DNA from: Vicinamibacterales bacterium
GTDB lineage: Bacteria > Acidobacteriota > Vicinamibacteria > Vicinamibacterales > SCN-69-37
Direction: 5' to 3'
Assembly: GCA_038918905.1 (NCBI GenBank)
Contig: JBCKZS010000010.1
Location: forward strand, 638 to 64,637
Length of the DNA stretch: 64,000 bases
The notes beneath the pieces are model-generated. The model was not told the origin of the DNA and searched no databases. It saw nothing but the letters and a program-made list of their open reading frames with translations. A program made the translations under genes and the position numbers. Below, piece after piece: positions 42,328 to 52,001 of the stretch (its first letter is position 1; each line of letters starts with the position of its first letter).

Positions 42328-42495
42328 TCTGCGTCCCAGGCCGCGATCGCGTCGACAAACGCCTGGTCGTCACCGGCATGCGGGCTAAGGTGCAGGACCA
42401 CCGCCACGCACCCGGGCAGGTCGGGCACGCTGGCGCCGTAGCTGGTGGAGCCTTGCTCGATGAGCTGGTGTTCAGAGAAGTTCGTGCCCGACGGA

Positions 42496-42759
42496 TCACG
42501 GCTTCCGGGTATCGGACTCCGTCTCGGCGTTGAGGTATCGAAAGACCCGATTGAGGCGATGACCCTCGACGGTCACGCGGTGGCCCACGAGTCCCTCGCC
42601 GGCCGGATCCGCATACGGGTTCGACCCGATGCGCTGGAGAATCAGTTCCTCGCCATCATCGGTGGTCAGCACCTGGGCGGTGTACGCCCCGCTGGTCCCC
42701 CGGCGCACGAATTGACTCGACACCAGGCCGTTGAGTCGCTCAGGACGCTGATCGCTCAT
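42496..42759 (-). CDS. hypothetical 87-aa protein
   Basis: ORF from the internal ATG (MSDQRPERLNGLV...). Same strand as, and 107 nt downstream of, the C25-like gene. No motif recognised. Confidence 0.35.
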   Translation of the reverse strand: MSDQRPERLNGLVSSQFVRRGTSGAYTAQVLTTDDGEELILQRIGSNPYADPAGEGLVGHRVTVEGHRLNRVFRYLNAETESDTRKP

Positions 42760-42866
42760 GGCAGCCCCCTCCCCTGCGTCCCAGTCAGCGCAGGTCGCCG
42801 TCTCCGGAACGCACAACCCAAGACTAGCCGGAAAGCGCCGGATTCGGCCACGGCCCCGCGCCTTCA

Positions 42867-44528
42867 TCAGGAAGAAACAACCGCACGTTGATTCATCACC
42901 CGGCCCGATTCGTCAGCCTGGACCGTCACCATTCCCACGCGGCGCAGACCACCGTTGCCGAGCGGCACGATCCAGCAGTACTGAAACGTGCCGTCCTCCG
43001 CCACGACCTCGGCTTCCGCCGTGGCACCACCGGGCAACGAAGCGAGCGCGAGGCCCGCGAACGCGGGCACGACTGCGGATTGAGTCAAACGCTCGGCCAT
43101 CGTGGGCGCGCTCGCGATGTCGGCGGCCTTGGCCTTCTTGAAGCGCGCGAGCAGGACGCGCGCCACCTCCGTGACCTCCGTGGGCAGCGGGTCGGCTGCG
43201 CGCAGAGCCTGCCGATCCGGGAGGCCCTCGCGAAGGATCCGGCCAAGGTTGAAGCGCATCCTCCGCCGCATGCGTCTCTGCGAGGTGTCGGCCGTCACCG
43301 CAGACAGGGTGGTGGCCACCGGCCCGGTCGAGGCGGGCTTGGGTCCGGCTTTGGCCGTCGAAGGCAGCACCGGGTGAATCGACGGATCGCCAAGCAGCAC
43401 GAACTGCAACAGCGTCTTTTCGTCAGCGCGGTCAGGACGCAGGCCTTGCTGCTGCAGCCAGCGCAGCAGATCCTGTTTGGCTTCGAGCGCCGCGCGGCCC
43501 AGTGAGGCGCCCGAGGTCGCGTGCTGCAGGAACGACGTCGCCACCCAGTCGGCGCACAGCATCGTGTCCTCGCCCACCCACGCGAGGGTCGTCGCGCCGA
43601 GGAACCCGTGTGCGCCCTGCCTCAGGTAGACGCTTGGGATCGGGGGTTGTCCGGGCTGCAGTGCCGCCGGATGATTCGGATCGAACACCTTCGCCCCATA
43701 ACAGCACATCGCGCCCACGACCACGCCAGGCGTGATTCGCCCGTCGATGGCGGCAGAGCTGAGCACGACCGGCGACCCACCGGTGCCCTCTCCCGCAAAC
43801 TCCGTGCTCAAGTCATTCCCGTGGCACTTGAACAGATGGCGCAGACTCTTGTGCCGTGCCCTGAGGGCGGTGGCCTTGCCATCCGTGGGTGGACTGACGA
43901 GCAAGTCCGCGAGCGGTGCGCCAAGTTGACGCATGCACTCCAGGCCACTCGGTCGCCAGAGGGCGCAGCACACCGAGAGTCCGGTCTTCCGGTACGTCGC
44001 GGCCGGCTGGCTCACCCACCTCGTCGCGTGTTTCAGATAGTCGATGAGCCAGGAGGGATCGTGGCTGCCGGGCAGGTCAGGAATGCGGCCCACGACGCGG
44101 TCTGGCACGAGGTAGGTCGATCGCTTTGCCAGGTTGAACGACGACGTACTGGCGTACGGATTGTCGGTGGGCACTTCGTCATCGTTGTCCCCGCCGATCG
44201 TGGTGCTGAACGACGGGTTCGGCGTCATGAAGTAGGGCACCACGTCATCGGCGCCCAGGATGACGATGTAGTCGGGCGCGGTGGCGGCCACCAGCGCGTC
44301 GAGCACCTCCTTGACCTTAACGGCGGTCACCGCCCCGGTCAGAGGCGCGACGCCGTAGGCCGCCACCGCCTGCGGGTCATCGATGTTCACATGAATCGTG
44401 CGGAACCCGCGGGCGGCGTCAGCCTTGATCCAGGCGCGGATGGCGGTCTCGATGCGCGCGAGGGCCGTCGCGGAGTACTTCCGCTTGAGGGCGCCTCGCA
44501 CCGTGATGCTCAGCTTCGTGGAGGTCAC
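42867..44528 (-). CDS. cytoplasmic clan-CD cysteine peptidase-like protein (gingipain/C25-like fold) with unassigned ~150-aa C-terminal domain
   Basis: No signal peptide. PDYIVILGADDVVPY, VPTDNPYA, VVGRIPDLPG, candidate His FKCHGND, candidate Cys VGAMCCYGA, LLGDPSIHPV (C25-style order). Confidence 0.55.
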   Translation of the reverse strand: MTSTKLSITVRGALKRKYSATALARIETAIRAWIKADAARGFRTIHVNIDDPQAVAAYGVAPLTGAVTAVKVKEVLDALVAATAPDYIVILGADDVVPYFMTPNPSFSTTIGGDNDDEVPTDNPYASTSSFNLAKRSTYLVPDRVVGRIPDLPGSHDPSWLIDYLKHATRWVSQPAATYRKTGLSVCCALWRPSGLECMRQLGAPLADLLVSPPTDGKATALRARHKSLRHLFKCHGNDLSTEFAGEGTGGSPVVLSSAAIDGRITPGVVVGAMCCYGAKVFDPNHPAALQPGQPPIPSVYLRQGAHGFLGATTLAWVGEDTMLCADWVATSFLQHATSGASLGRAALEAKQDLLRWLQQQGLRPDRADEKTLLQFVLLGDPSIHPVLPSTAKAGPKPASTGPVATTLSAVTADTSQRRMRRRMRFNLGRILREGLPDRQALRAADPLPTEVTEVARVLLARFKKAKAADIASAPTMAERLTQSAVVPAFAGLALASLPGGATAEAEVVAEDGTFQYCWIVPLGNGGLRRVGMVTVQADESGRVMNQRAVVSS

Positions 44529-44536
44529 GGCGCACC

Positions 44537-45460
44537 TTATGGCAGCTTGCCGAGGGCCGTGTTGACGCGATCGGCCACGGCCTTGAATCCCGGCCCGGTG
44601 GGATGCAGTTCATTCGCCCACGACTTCCGGTACTTCTTGCCGGCGACTTCGTTCGACAGCGTGCCGCGCAGGTCGATGTAGTGCAGGTGTTTGAGTCCGA
44701 GGCCGCCGGCGATGCGCGCCAGTTGCTCGTTGAACCGATCAATCAACTCGCTCATGAGACCGGTCGTCTCTTCGAGGTCCGAGAATCCCTTGCGGCGGAA
44801 CCCCGGTTCGAGCCACGGTCCGGGCAGGAACCAGAAGCCGCCGAGGAACCCGCGGCCGTCCGGCACCGGCCTGTCGTAGCCGTGGATGAGGATCGGAAGT
44901 TTCGCGCCGAAGAACGTCTCGGACAGGACCGTGACGGCGGACGCAAGGCTGACGATGGCCGCGGCCAGGCGTTCCTCGAAGAGGCCGGAGACCACACGTG
45001 CGTTGAGGGCCGGCAAGCCCGAGCGTTTGTGGTTGAGGAGCATCGAAAACTCCTCGCCGGCAATGTCGTTGCCGCCGCCCGAGAGCAGAAACGCGCGCGG
45101 CGTCTTTCCGGCCTGACTCAGTTTGCGGAGTTCGCGTTCGAGATTCGACAACTGCGCGTAGTCGTACGCCATCTCCTCGACGCGATCGCCCTTGTGGGCG
45201 GACGAGACGACTTCCCACCTGTGCTGGTCCTCGAGTTCCGCGAGGACGTCTGACATCGGGTAGTCGAACCATGAGTCGCCTTCCGCGACCAGGATGCCTG
45301 GGCTGGGCTTCTTCGGCCCTGCGGCCTTGAGTCGTTGTTGCCGCCGCGCGAGTACCGCTTTCGCGGCGTCGGTGCCGGCCTGCTGTGCCGCCGCCCATTC
45401 GGCGGGAGTCAACACTCGTCGCGATAGTTTCTTCTTCGCCTTCACTTGCGTTTTCGCCAT
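44537..45460 (-). CDS. cytoplasmic SGNH-hydrolase-like protein with Lys-rich N-terminal extension
   Basis: GGAGG RBS before the ATG at 45460. Blocks VAEGDSWFDYP (GDS), LLSGGGNDI (GxND), WANELHPT (block V-like). 8-nt gap to the C25-like gene. Confidence 0.6.
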   Translation of the reverse strand: MAKTQVKAKKKLSRRVLTPAEWAAAQQAGTDAAKAVLARRQQRLKAAGPKKPSPGILVAEGDSWFDYPMSDVLAELEDQHRWEVVSSAHKGDRVEEMAYDYAQLSNLERELRKLSQAGKTPRAFLLSGGGNDIAGEEFSMLLNHKRSGLPALNARVVSGLFEERLAAAIVSLASAVTVLSETFFGAKLPILIHGYDRPVPDGRGFLGGFWFLPGPWLEPGFRRKGFSDLEETTGLMSELIDRFNEQLARIAGGLGLKHLHYIDLRGTLSNEVAGKKYRKSWANELHPTGPGFKAVADRVNTALGKLP

Positions 45461-45856
45461 CACGGCCTCCTGGCTGGTCGGGAATCGGTCCCACTCTGCC
45501 AATAGGGACGGCCCCCGAAGCGACTTTCCTTCAACACTCCGAAGCCCCCAGTAGTCGCGGTCGATGGTAGGCGGGCCCCGACACTCTGTCAACGGAAATG
45601 TCGCCTGAAATTTCGCCGACCATGGTGGCGAAAGCCGCGGCGCCCTCGCCTCGGACCTCGACGGGCAGCCGCACGCGTTCGTCCTGGCGTGCGTGATTGA
45701 ACCCGAGCCGGACTTTGGTGTTGACCAGATGCGCGAGACGCCGAACTGCACCATCCGGTTCGCGATGGATTTACTCGCAGGGCCGTACGTGCGGCAGGCG
45801 TAGGAGACGAGCAGATCCTGGAGTGGATGAACGGCAAGGGCTTGTAGGAGCGATGT

Positions 45857-46747
45857 ATGCAATGGACGATCGGCGACAAGGTCAAACACGTGTCCATCCC
45901 TGATTGGGGCGTTGGAGAGGTCATCACCGTCGCCGACCACCACAACGTGGAGGTGCGCTTTCGAACGGGCGGATTAAGAACCACAAAGGCCGATCGGCTG
46001 GTTCGGCTCACCGAGGCAGAACTTGCCGAGCTCCTGCCGAAGACCCGCAGGTCGACCTCAAGGCCACGGCGCGCGCACACTCCGATCGCGACCTTCAAGG
46101 CCGCATTCGTGGCAATGTTCCCCGAGGGGTTCCGCGACCAGAAATACCTGAAACAGGAGCGGGACTACAAGGTGAAAGCCAGCGAGCTCCTGCAGGAACA
46201 GCTCGCACCCAAGGCGCTTTCTGCCCTTGTCAAGAAAGGCGACTACGCCGAGGTGTGCAAGAGGGCCAGGCGATTGGTCAGCGCCACCAACCTGGTCTTC
46301 AAGAACGAGGCCATGGACCTCAAAGACGGCCTTCAGAGTCCGGCGAACCAGGAACTCTTCGCTACGGCCCTGCTCTCGCAGCTGTACGGGCAGGGTCCCT
46401 TCGAGGCGCGAATGGAAGGGTTCATGAACGCCTTGTCGAACATTGACGCGGCGAAATGGACCATCGCGACGTACTTCTCGTTCCTTGCCTTCCCGGAGGA
46501 GCACCTCTTCATCAAGCCCACGCCGACCAAGCGCATCGCTGACGCCTGTTTGATTGAGCTCAACTACCGTCCGGAGTTGAACTGGCTCACCTACGCGACA
46601 TCATTGCGCCTGGCAGCCGAGCTGATGGACCAACTCGCGGACCTCCAGCCAAGGGATATGATCGACATTCAGTCGTTCATGTGGAAGGTGGGCCGGGGAT
46701 CGAATAACAAAGGACCGGGAGGTGTACCGTGGCCCGTCGTTGTCTGA
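45857..46747 (+). CDS. hypothetical protein: small SH3/Tudor-like N-terminal module (DUF3553-like) + helical domain
   Basis: IGDKVKHVSIPDWGVGEVITV...VEVRF resembles the GD.V.H..FG.G.V motif. The rest is unassigned. Divergent from the SGNH gene. Confidence 0.5.
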   Translation: MQWTIGDKVKHVSIPDWGVGEVITVADHHNVEVRFRTGGLRTTKADRLVRLTEAELAELLPKTRRSTSRPRRAHTPIATFKAAFVAMFPEGFRDQKYLKQERDYKVKASELLQEQLAPKALSALVKKGDYAEVCKRARRLVSATNLVFKNEAMDLKDGLQSPANQELFATALLSQLYGQGPFEARMEGFMNALSNIDAAKWTIATYFSFLAFPEEHLFIKPTPTKRIADACLIELNYRPELNWLTYATSLRLAAELMDQLADLQPRDMIDIQSFMWKVGRGSNNKGPGGVPWPVVV

Positions 46748-46924
46748 GTGTGCCCAAGGGCACGCCTGCCCACTCGCCCGCGGCCAACAAAGACCGCGGC
46801 TGTCTCAGCGGACGGCTGCACTCGGGTACGTTATGGCGACGCCCGTTGGTCCGTATTGCCGATGTCTGGCCGCCGGACTGAATCCAGTCGGCGGCGGCAC
46901 TGAGTGGCTCACCTGGTGGGCCAC

Positions 46925-48598
46925 TCAACTCTGCCTGAAGAGCCGCATCCCTGCCTCTTTCTCGAATGCCGTACAAATCAGCTTGAGCCGTTCCTGCCGG
47001 AACTTCTTGAATGCACCAACGACTCCGCGTTCCCAGACGCCAGCGTCCTGCCCAGCTGGAAGCAGATGGCTCCTCATGACCTGGAGAAAGCGCTGGCGGC
47101 CCTCGTCACGATATTCGGCTAGATACTTGCGCGGCAGGCGCTTGCCGATCTTGAGATTGTCTCGCGCCACCAAGAAGCAGATATTGCACAGGCTGTTGTA
47201 GACCTTCGCCGACACATGGTGCCGGAGCTGTCCTTGAGGAAAGATGTGATGCCGATGTTTTCGATTTGAGTGGCTGATGATGGCCTTGTCCAATGGGATT
47301 GGCTCGCCATCCTCGAGATACCGAGGAGCGCGAGCCGCCAGCAGACAGAAGAATGCCCGCGCCCTGGCGCTGCGTGAAGCATAGTCGGCCGACTGAATAT
47401 CCAGTACCGGGTCGAGACGGTCACGAAAGACGAAGCGAACCCTTGAACCCCGTGCAAGGGACGCGAAGAACTTCGCGTCGCCCACAATGTTGCGGTGATA
47501 ACCCCGGCCTGTATACCGCTGCCCCACACCCGTTGCCCAAAACCACTTGCGGATTTCCGCGGCCTGGTACCGATCGGGCGGACCATGGTGGTGAAAGAAA
47601 AATACCGCAAGGGTCGCCAGCATGTTTGCGGACGGCAGGTACGACTCGTCGTGGACGGGGAAGCGATTGTGCAAGTGGTCCACGGCAGCGCAGAACGCGT
47701 TCTGGTACTTGTGCCAGAGGTTCTGGAATCTCTTCTTTTCCGACTCGTCTTTCTGAATGAGTTTTGACCAGCGCCGAGCCATCGCCTCCAGCTTCGGTGG
47801 ATCTCCATCAAGGGCCTGGCTCTCAGCGACCAGGTTGAAGCCCATTAGGATCGGATCGATCGCACTCAAGGCAAGAACAGTATCCCGGATCTTCTGACGA
47901 AGTTCTTGCGCCATCGACCGCACGTCAAGTTCTCCCATTAATGCGATGGCACGGTCCGCCGACGTAATTCGCATGCCTTGCGAATTGACCCGAATGAACA
48001 CCTCGCCGATCTCATCCAACGTCGCCGACCGTACGGTCACAACCGGAATGGGATACGTCAAGAAGCGCTGACGGCACTTGCCCACTCTCATCAAGAACCA
48101 GTCCGGCTTACTGGACATTCTCCTCTTCCAGTCAGGCGCCAAGATATCTGGAAGCGGAACGAACTCACGATCAACGGGCTTGCGGTAAACGATGCGATCG
48201 TGGTCGTCACCCTCCGGATCGGGAGTGACAACAAAACACAGCCGCCTGAAGTCAATCTCCCGTCCTGCGTCGTTCTTCCGAACCTGACCTTCAAACGCCT
48301 GGTAGATCACCGATAGTCGTTGCTGGCCATCGATGACAAACCACACCACGCGATTCCCGCTATCAAACGATGGGAGCACGTCTGCGGACTGTCGAATCAG
48401 GTTGGCTGACCGGCGATCCATCTCCCAGAGGAACAGCGACCCAATCGGCATGGCTCGGTAGATACTGTCCAGAAGCTTCGCCGCGCGACGGGCATCCCAG
48501 ACGAAGTTGCGCTGTAATTTTGGCACCGCGAATTTTCGTGCCTGCAAATCCGAGCGCAGCTTCCTGATGGACACTGTAGCGAGCTTGGGAGGCTTCAT
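46925..48598 (-). CDS. GmrSD-like type IV (modification-dependent) restriction enzyme, DUF262 + DUF1524
   Basis: FAVPKLQRNFVW..., VIDGQQRLSVIYQ (DGQQR). C-terminal HNH-like RKHRHHIFPQGQL. Start at MKPPKLATV. Confidence 0.8.
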   Translation of the reverse strand: MKPPKLATVSIRKLRSDLQARKFAVPKLQRNFVWDARRAAKLLDSIYRAMPIGSLFLWEMDRRSANLIRQSADVLPSFDSGNRVVWFVIDGQQRLSVIYQAFEGQVRKNDAGREIDFRRLCFVVTPDPEGDDHDRIVYRKPVDREFVPLPDILAPDWKRRMSSKPDWFLMRVGKCRQRFLTYPIPVVTVRSATLDEIGEVFIRVNSQGMRITSADRAIALMGELDVRSMAQELRQKIRDTVLALSAIDPILMGFNLVAESQALDGDPPKLEAMARRWSKLIQKDESEKKRFQNLWHKYQNAFCAAVDHLHNRFPVHDESYLPSANMLATLAVFFFHHHGPPDRYQAAEIRKWFWATGVGQRYTGRGYHRNIVGDAKFFASLARGSRVRFVFRDRLDPVLDIQSADYASRSARARAFFCLLAARAPRYLEDGEPIPLDKAIISHSNRKHRHHIFPQGQLRHHVSAKVYNSLCNICFLVARDNLKIGKRLPRKYLAEYRDEGRQRFLQVMRSHLLPAGQDAGVWERGVVGAFKKFRQERLKLICTAFEKEAGMRLFRQS

Positions 48599-48861
48599 TT
48601 TTTTTGTAACTCCCCATCTTGACTCAGGTCGCGAACGCCAGATTCTGGCATGACCACGGCCGAAGCGCCAGACTTTGGGCTGATCGAGACGGTCGTCACA
48701 TTCCCGATCACGCGTCGGCCGAGGCGGGTCCAGAGCGGTTGAATCCAGGGCGGGTCGCGAGAGTCCTTGATCTGGGCTTGAGGATCGAGGTCGTTTAGAA
48801 AAGGAGACGCGGCGCCATCGCCTGTCTTCCACGTCGTGCCCTGCCTCACGCCGTCGCCCAT
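48595..48861 (-). CDS. hypothetical 88-aa ORF bridging hsdR and the GmrSD-like gene
   Basis: Overlaps the hsdR stop by 16 nt, and its TGA overlaps the GmrSD ATG (ATGA). No motif recognised. Confidence 0.35.
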   Translation of the reverse strand: MGDGVRQGTTWKTGDGAASPFLNDLDPQAQIKDSRDPPWIQPLWTRLGRRVIGNVTTVSISPKSGASAVVMPESGVRDLSQDGELQKK

Positions 48862-51800
48862 TCTCCGGACAGCAGCGCCGCCTGTTCCAACACTGTCTGC
48901 GTCGCACGCTCCTGCTTGTCTGGCGGATATCCGTGTTTGCGCAGGATGCGCTTGACCAGCACCCGTAACTGCGCGCGCACGTTCTCACGCATGGTCCAAT
49001 CGATCGTTACGTTGTTGCGGACGGTCTGGACGAGCTCCCTCGCAATCGCGCGGAGCGTCTCGTCGCCCAGCACCCTCACCGCGCTGTCGTTCGTCTCCAG
49101 CGCGTCATAGAAGGCAAGCTCATCCTCCGACAACCCCAGCACCCGGCCGCGCGCGTTCGCCTCGCGCATGTCCTTCGCGAGCTGGATCAACTCCTCGATG
49201 ACCTGCGCCGCCTCGATGGCCCGATTCTGGTAGCGGCGGATCGTCTGCTCCAACATTTCTGCAAAGGACCGCGCCTGCACGACGTTCTTCCTTCGACGGG
49301 TGCTGAGCTCCCCTTTGAGCAGCTTCTGCAACAGCTCCACGGCGAGGTTGCGCTGCGGCATGCCGCGCACCTCGGCCAGGAATTCGTCCGAGAGAATCGA
49401 AATATCGGGCTTCGCCAGTCCCGCCGCCGCGAAGATGTCCACCACGCCTTCCGGCGCCACCGCGCGGGAGATGATCTGGCGAACCGCGTGGTCCAGCTCT
49501 TCCTCCGGCCGCGCGTCGCCGGGCGCGCGCTTGGCGAGCACGGCCTGCACCGCCTGAAAAAACGCCACGTCGTCGCGAATGCGCAGCGCCTCGGCGTGCG
49601 GCACCGCCAGCGCGAATGCCTGCGACAGCTCCCGCACGACCCGCAGGCACCGATCCTTGCCGTCCTCTTGCTGCAGGATGTGCTCCTGCGCGGCGGGCAA
49701 CAGGCCCAGCCGCTCCCGCGGCGTACCGCTGGTCCACCTGGTCCAGTCGATGCCGTGAAAGAGGCCGCAGCAGATTTCGTACTTCTCCAGCATCACGGCC
49801 ACGGCCTCGTCCTGATCGAACGCCGTGCGGCCCCGGCCGCCGCTCTCGGTGTAGGTCGCGAGCGCCTGCTTCAGCTCCTGGGCAAGCCCGAGATAGTCCA
49901 CCACCAACCCGCCGGGCTTGTCCTTGAACACGCGGTTCACCCGCGCTATGGCCTGCATCAGCCCATGACCGCGCATCGGCTTGTCCGCATACATCGTGTG
50001 GAGGCTTGGAGCGTCGAAGCCGGTGAGCCACATGTCGCGCACCAGCACGATCGTGAGCGGGTCCCTGGCATCGCGGAAACGGTTGGCCAGCGCCTCTCGC
50101 CGCGGCTTGTTGCGGATATGTTGCTGCCAGTCCGGCGGATCGGACGCCGACCCGGTCATCACAACCTTGATCGCGCCCTGCTCATCATCGTCGTGCGCCC
50201 AGGCCGGGCGCAACTTCACCAACTCGCCGTACAACTCCACGCAGATGCGCCGGCTCATGCACACCACCATGGCCTTGCCGTCCATCGCCGCAAGCCGGTT
50301 TTCGAAGTGCTCAACGATGTCACGGGCGATGATCTTCAAGCGCTTCTCAGCGCCGACGATAGCCTCGAGCTGCGCCCACCTGCTCTTGAGCTTCTCTTTG
50401 CGATCGACCTCCTCGCCTTCGGTCGCCTCCTCAAAGTCCGGGTCGATCTTCGGCCGCTCCGCTTCGTCAAGCGCAAGCTTGGCGAGGCGGCTCTCGTAGT
50501 AGATCGGCACCGTGGCGCCGTCCTGCACGGCGCGCTGGATGTCGTAGACACTGATGTAGTCGCCGAACACCGCGCGTGTATTGGCGTCCGCAAGCTCGAT
50601 CGGGGTTCCGGTGAAGCCAATGAACGAGGCGTGCGGCAGTGCATCGCGCATGTGCCGCGCGAAGCCATCGATGAAGTCGTACTGGCTGCGGTGCGCTTCG
50701 TCGGCAATCACCACGATGTTGCGGCGAGCGGAGAGCGTCGGATGCCGGTCGCCCCGCTCTTCCGGGAAGAACTTGTGGATGGTGGTGAACACCACGCCGC
50801 CTGCGGCGACCGAGAGCAATTCCCGCAGGTGCGCCCGGCTCTCTGCCTGCACCGGCGGCTGGCGCAACAGATCCTTGCAGCGGGAGAACGTCGCAAAGAG
50901 CTGATCGTCGAGGTCGTTTCGGTCGGTGAGCAGGACGAGGGTCGGATTCTCCATCGCCGGTTCACGGATGATGCGGCCCGCATAAAAGGCCATCGTCAGG
51001 CTCTTGCCCGACCCCTGCGTGTGCCAGACCACGCCGACGCGCCGGTCGCCCGACTGCCCGCCCGGCTTCTGGCCCGACTCGTATCGCCCGAGCGCGTCCG
51101 CGACGCGATCGATTGTCGTGTCGACCTGGTGCAGTTCAGCCGCCCGCAGCGTCTCGGTCACGGCCACCTGCACGGCGTGGAACTGGTGGTACCCGGCCAT
51201 CTTCTTCGTGATGCGCCCGCCACCATCATCTTCGAACACGAGGAAATCGCGCACCATGTCGAGGAAGCGGCGCGGTTCGAAGAGGCCCGTCGTGACCACT
51301 TGCAGTTCCGGCAGGTAGGTGTCCGCCAGGCGCTCGCCTGCGATCGTGCGCCAGGGCTTGAACCACTCGCGACCAGCCGTGAGTGTGCCGACGCGGGCTT
51401 CCACACCGTCAGAGATGACGAGCAGCTCGTTCGTGGCGAAGAGCGACGGAATCTCGGCCTTGTAGGTCTGGAGCTGCTGGAAGGCCGACCAGATCGTGGC
51501 GTTCTCGGCCGCTGCGTTCTTCAGCTCCAGCACCGCCAGCGGCAGGCCGTTCACGAAGAGCACCACGTCCGGCCGGCGGGTGTGTTTGTTCTCCACCACC
51601 GTGAACTGATTGACCGCGAGGCAGTCGTTGTTCGCGGAGTCTTCGAAGTCGATCACCCGGACTGGCGTCCCCTTGATTTCGTCGTTCGCGGCGCGATACT
51701 CGACCTCCACTCCGTCCACGAGCAGGCGGTGAACGCCCCGGTTGCGCCCGACGAGGTCTGCCCCTTCGGGCCGCGTGAGCTTGCGGAACGCGTCCTCCAG

Positions 51801-52001
51801 CGCTTCGGCGGGAAGGTCCCGGTTCAGCCGCGCCAGCGCATCCCGCAGCCGCCGCTCCAGCACGACCTGGCCGTAATCGGTGCGCTCCGCGGCAAACTCG
51901 CCGGGCGCGATGTCCGCGCCGTTGACCACACTCCAGCCGATGGCTTCAAGCCAGTCGAGGGCGGCCTGTTCGACGACGGATTCGGTGAAGCTCGCGCTCA
52001 T
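48846..52001 (-). CDS. hsdR: type I restriction enzyme R subunit
   Basis: [18 protein letters not shown]... N-terminus. Helicase motifs [29 protein letters not shown]. 1051 aa. Confidence 0.95.
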   Translation of the reverse strand: MSASFTESVVEQAALDWLEAIGWSVVNGADIAPGEFAAERTDYGQVVLERRLRDALARLNRDLPAEALEDAFRKLTRPEGADLVGRNRGVHRLLVDGVEVEYRAANDEIKGTPVRVIDFEDSANNDCLAVNQFTVVENKHTRRPDVVLFVNGLPLAVLELKNAAAENATIWSAFQQLQTYKAEIPSLFATNELLVISDGVEARVGTLTAGREWFKPWRTIAGERLADTYLPELQVVTTGLFEPRRFLDMVRDFLVFEDDGGGRITKKMAGYHQFHAVQVAVTETLRAAELHQVDTTIDRVADALGRYESGQKPGGQSGDRRVGVVWHTQGSGKSLTMAFYAGRIIREPAMENPTLVLLTDRNDLDDQLFATFSRCKDLLRQPPVQAESRAHLRELLSVAAGGVVFTTIHKFFPEERGDRHPTLSARRNIVVIADEAHRSQYDFIDGFARHMRDALPHASFIGFTGTPIELADANTRAVFGDYISVYDIQRAVQDGATVPIYYESRLAKLALDEAERPKIDPDFEEATEGEEVDRKEKLKSRWAQLEAIVGAEKRLKIIARDIVEHFENRLAAMDGKAMVVCMSRRICVELYGELVKLRPAWAHDDDEQGAIKVVMTGSASDPPDWQQHIRNKPRREALANRFRDARDPLTIVLVRDMWLTGFDAPSLHTMYADKPMRGHGLMQAIARVNRVFKDKPGGLVVDYLGLAQELKQALATYTESGGRGRTAFDQDEAVAVMLEKYEICCGLFHGIDWTRWTSGTPRERLGLLPAAQEHILQQEDGKDRCLRVVRELSQAFALAVPHAEALRIRDDVAFFQAVQAVLAKRAPGDARPEEELDHAVRQIISRAVAPEGVVDIFAAAGLAKPDISILSDEFLAEVRGMPQRNLAVELLQKLLKGELSTRRRKNVVQARSFAEMLEQTIRRYQNRAIEAAQVIEELIQLAKDMREANARGRVLGLSEDELAFYDALETNDSAVRVLGDETLRAIARELVQTVRNNVTIDWTMRENVRAQLRVLVKRILRKHGYPPDKQERATQTVLEQAALLSGEWATA

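Noticed and set aside
45461-45856. Possible extra gene or gene remnant in the ~400-bp divergent region between the SGNH gene and the 45857 gene (ORFs 45589..46098 and 45697..45903).
   Set aside because: The translations in all frames were read and contain no recognisable motif. The ORFs overlap real genes or are Arg-rich, so the region is treated as regulatory or intergenic.
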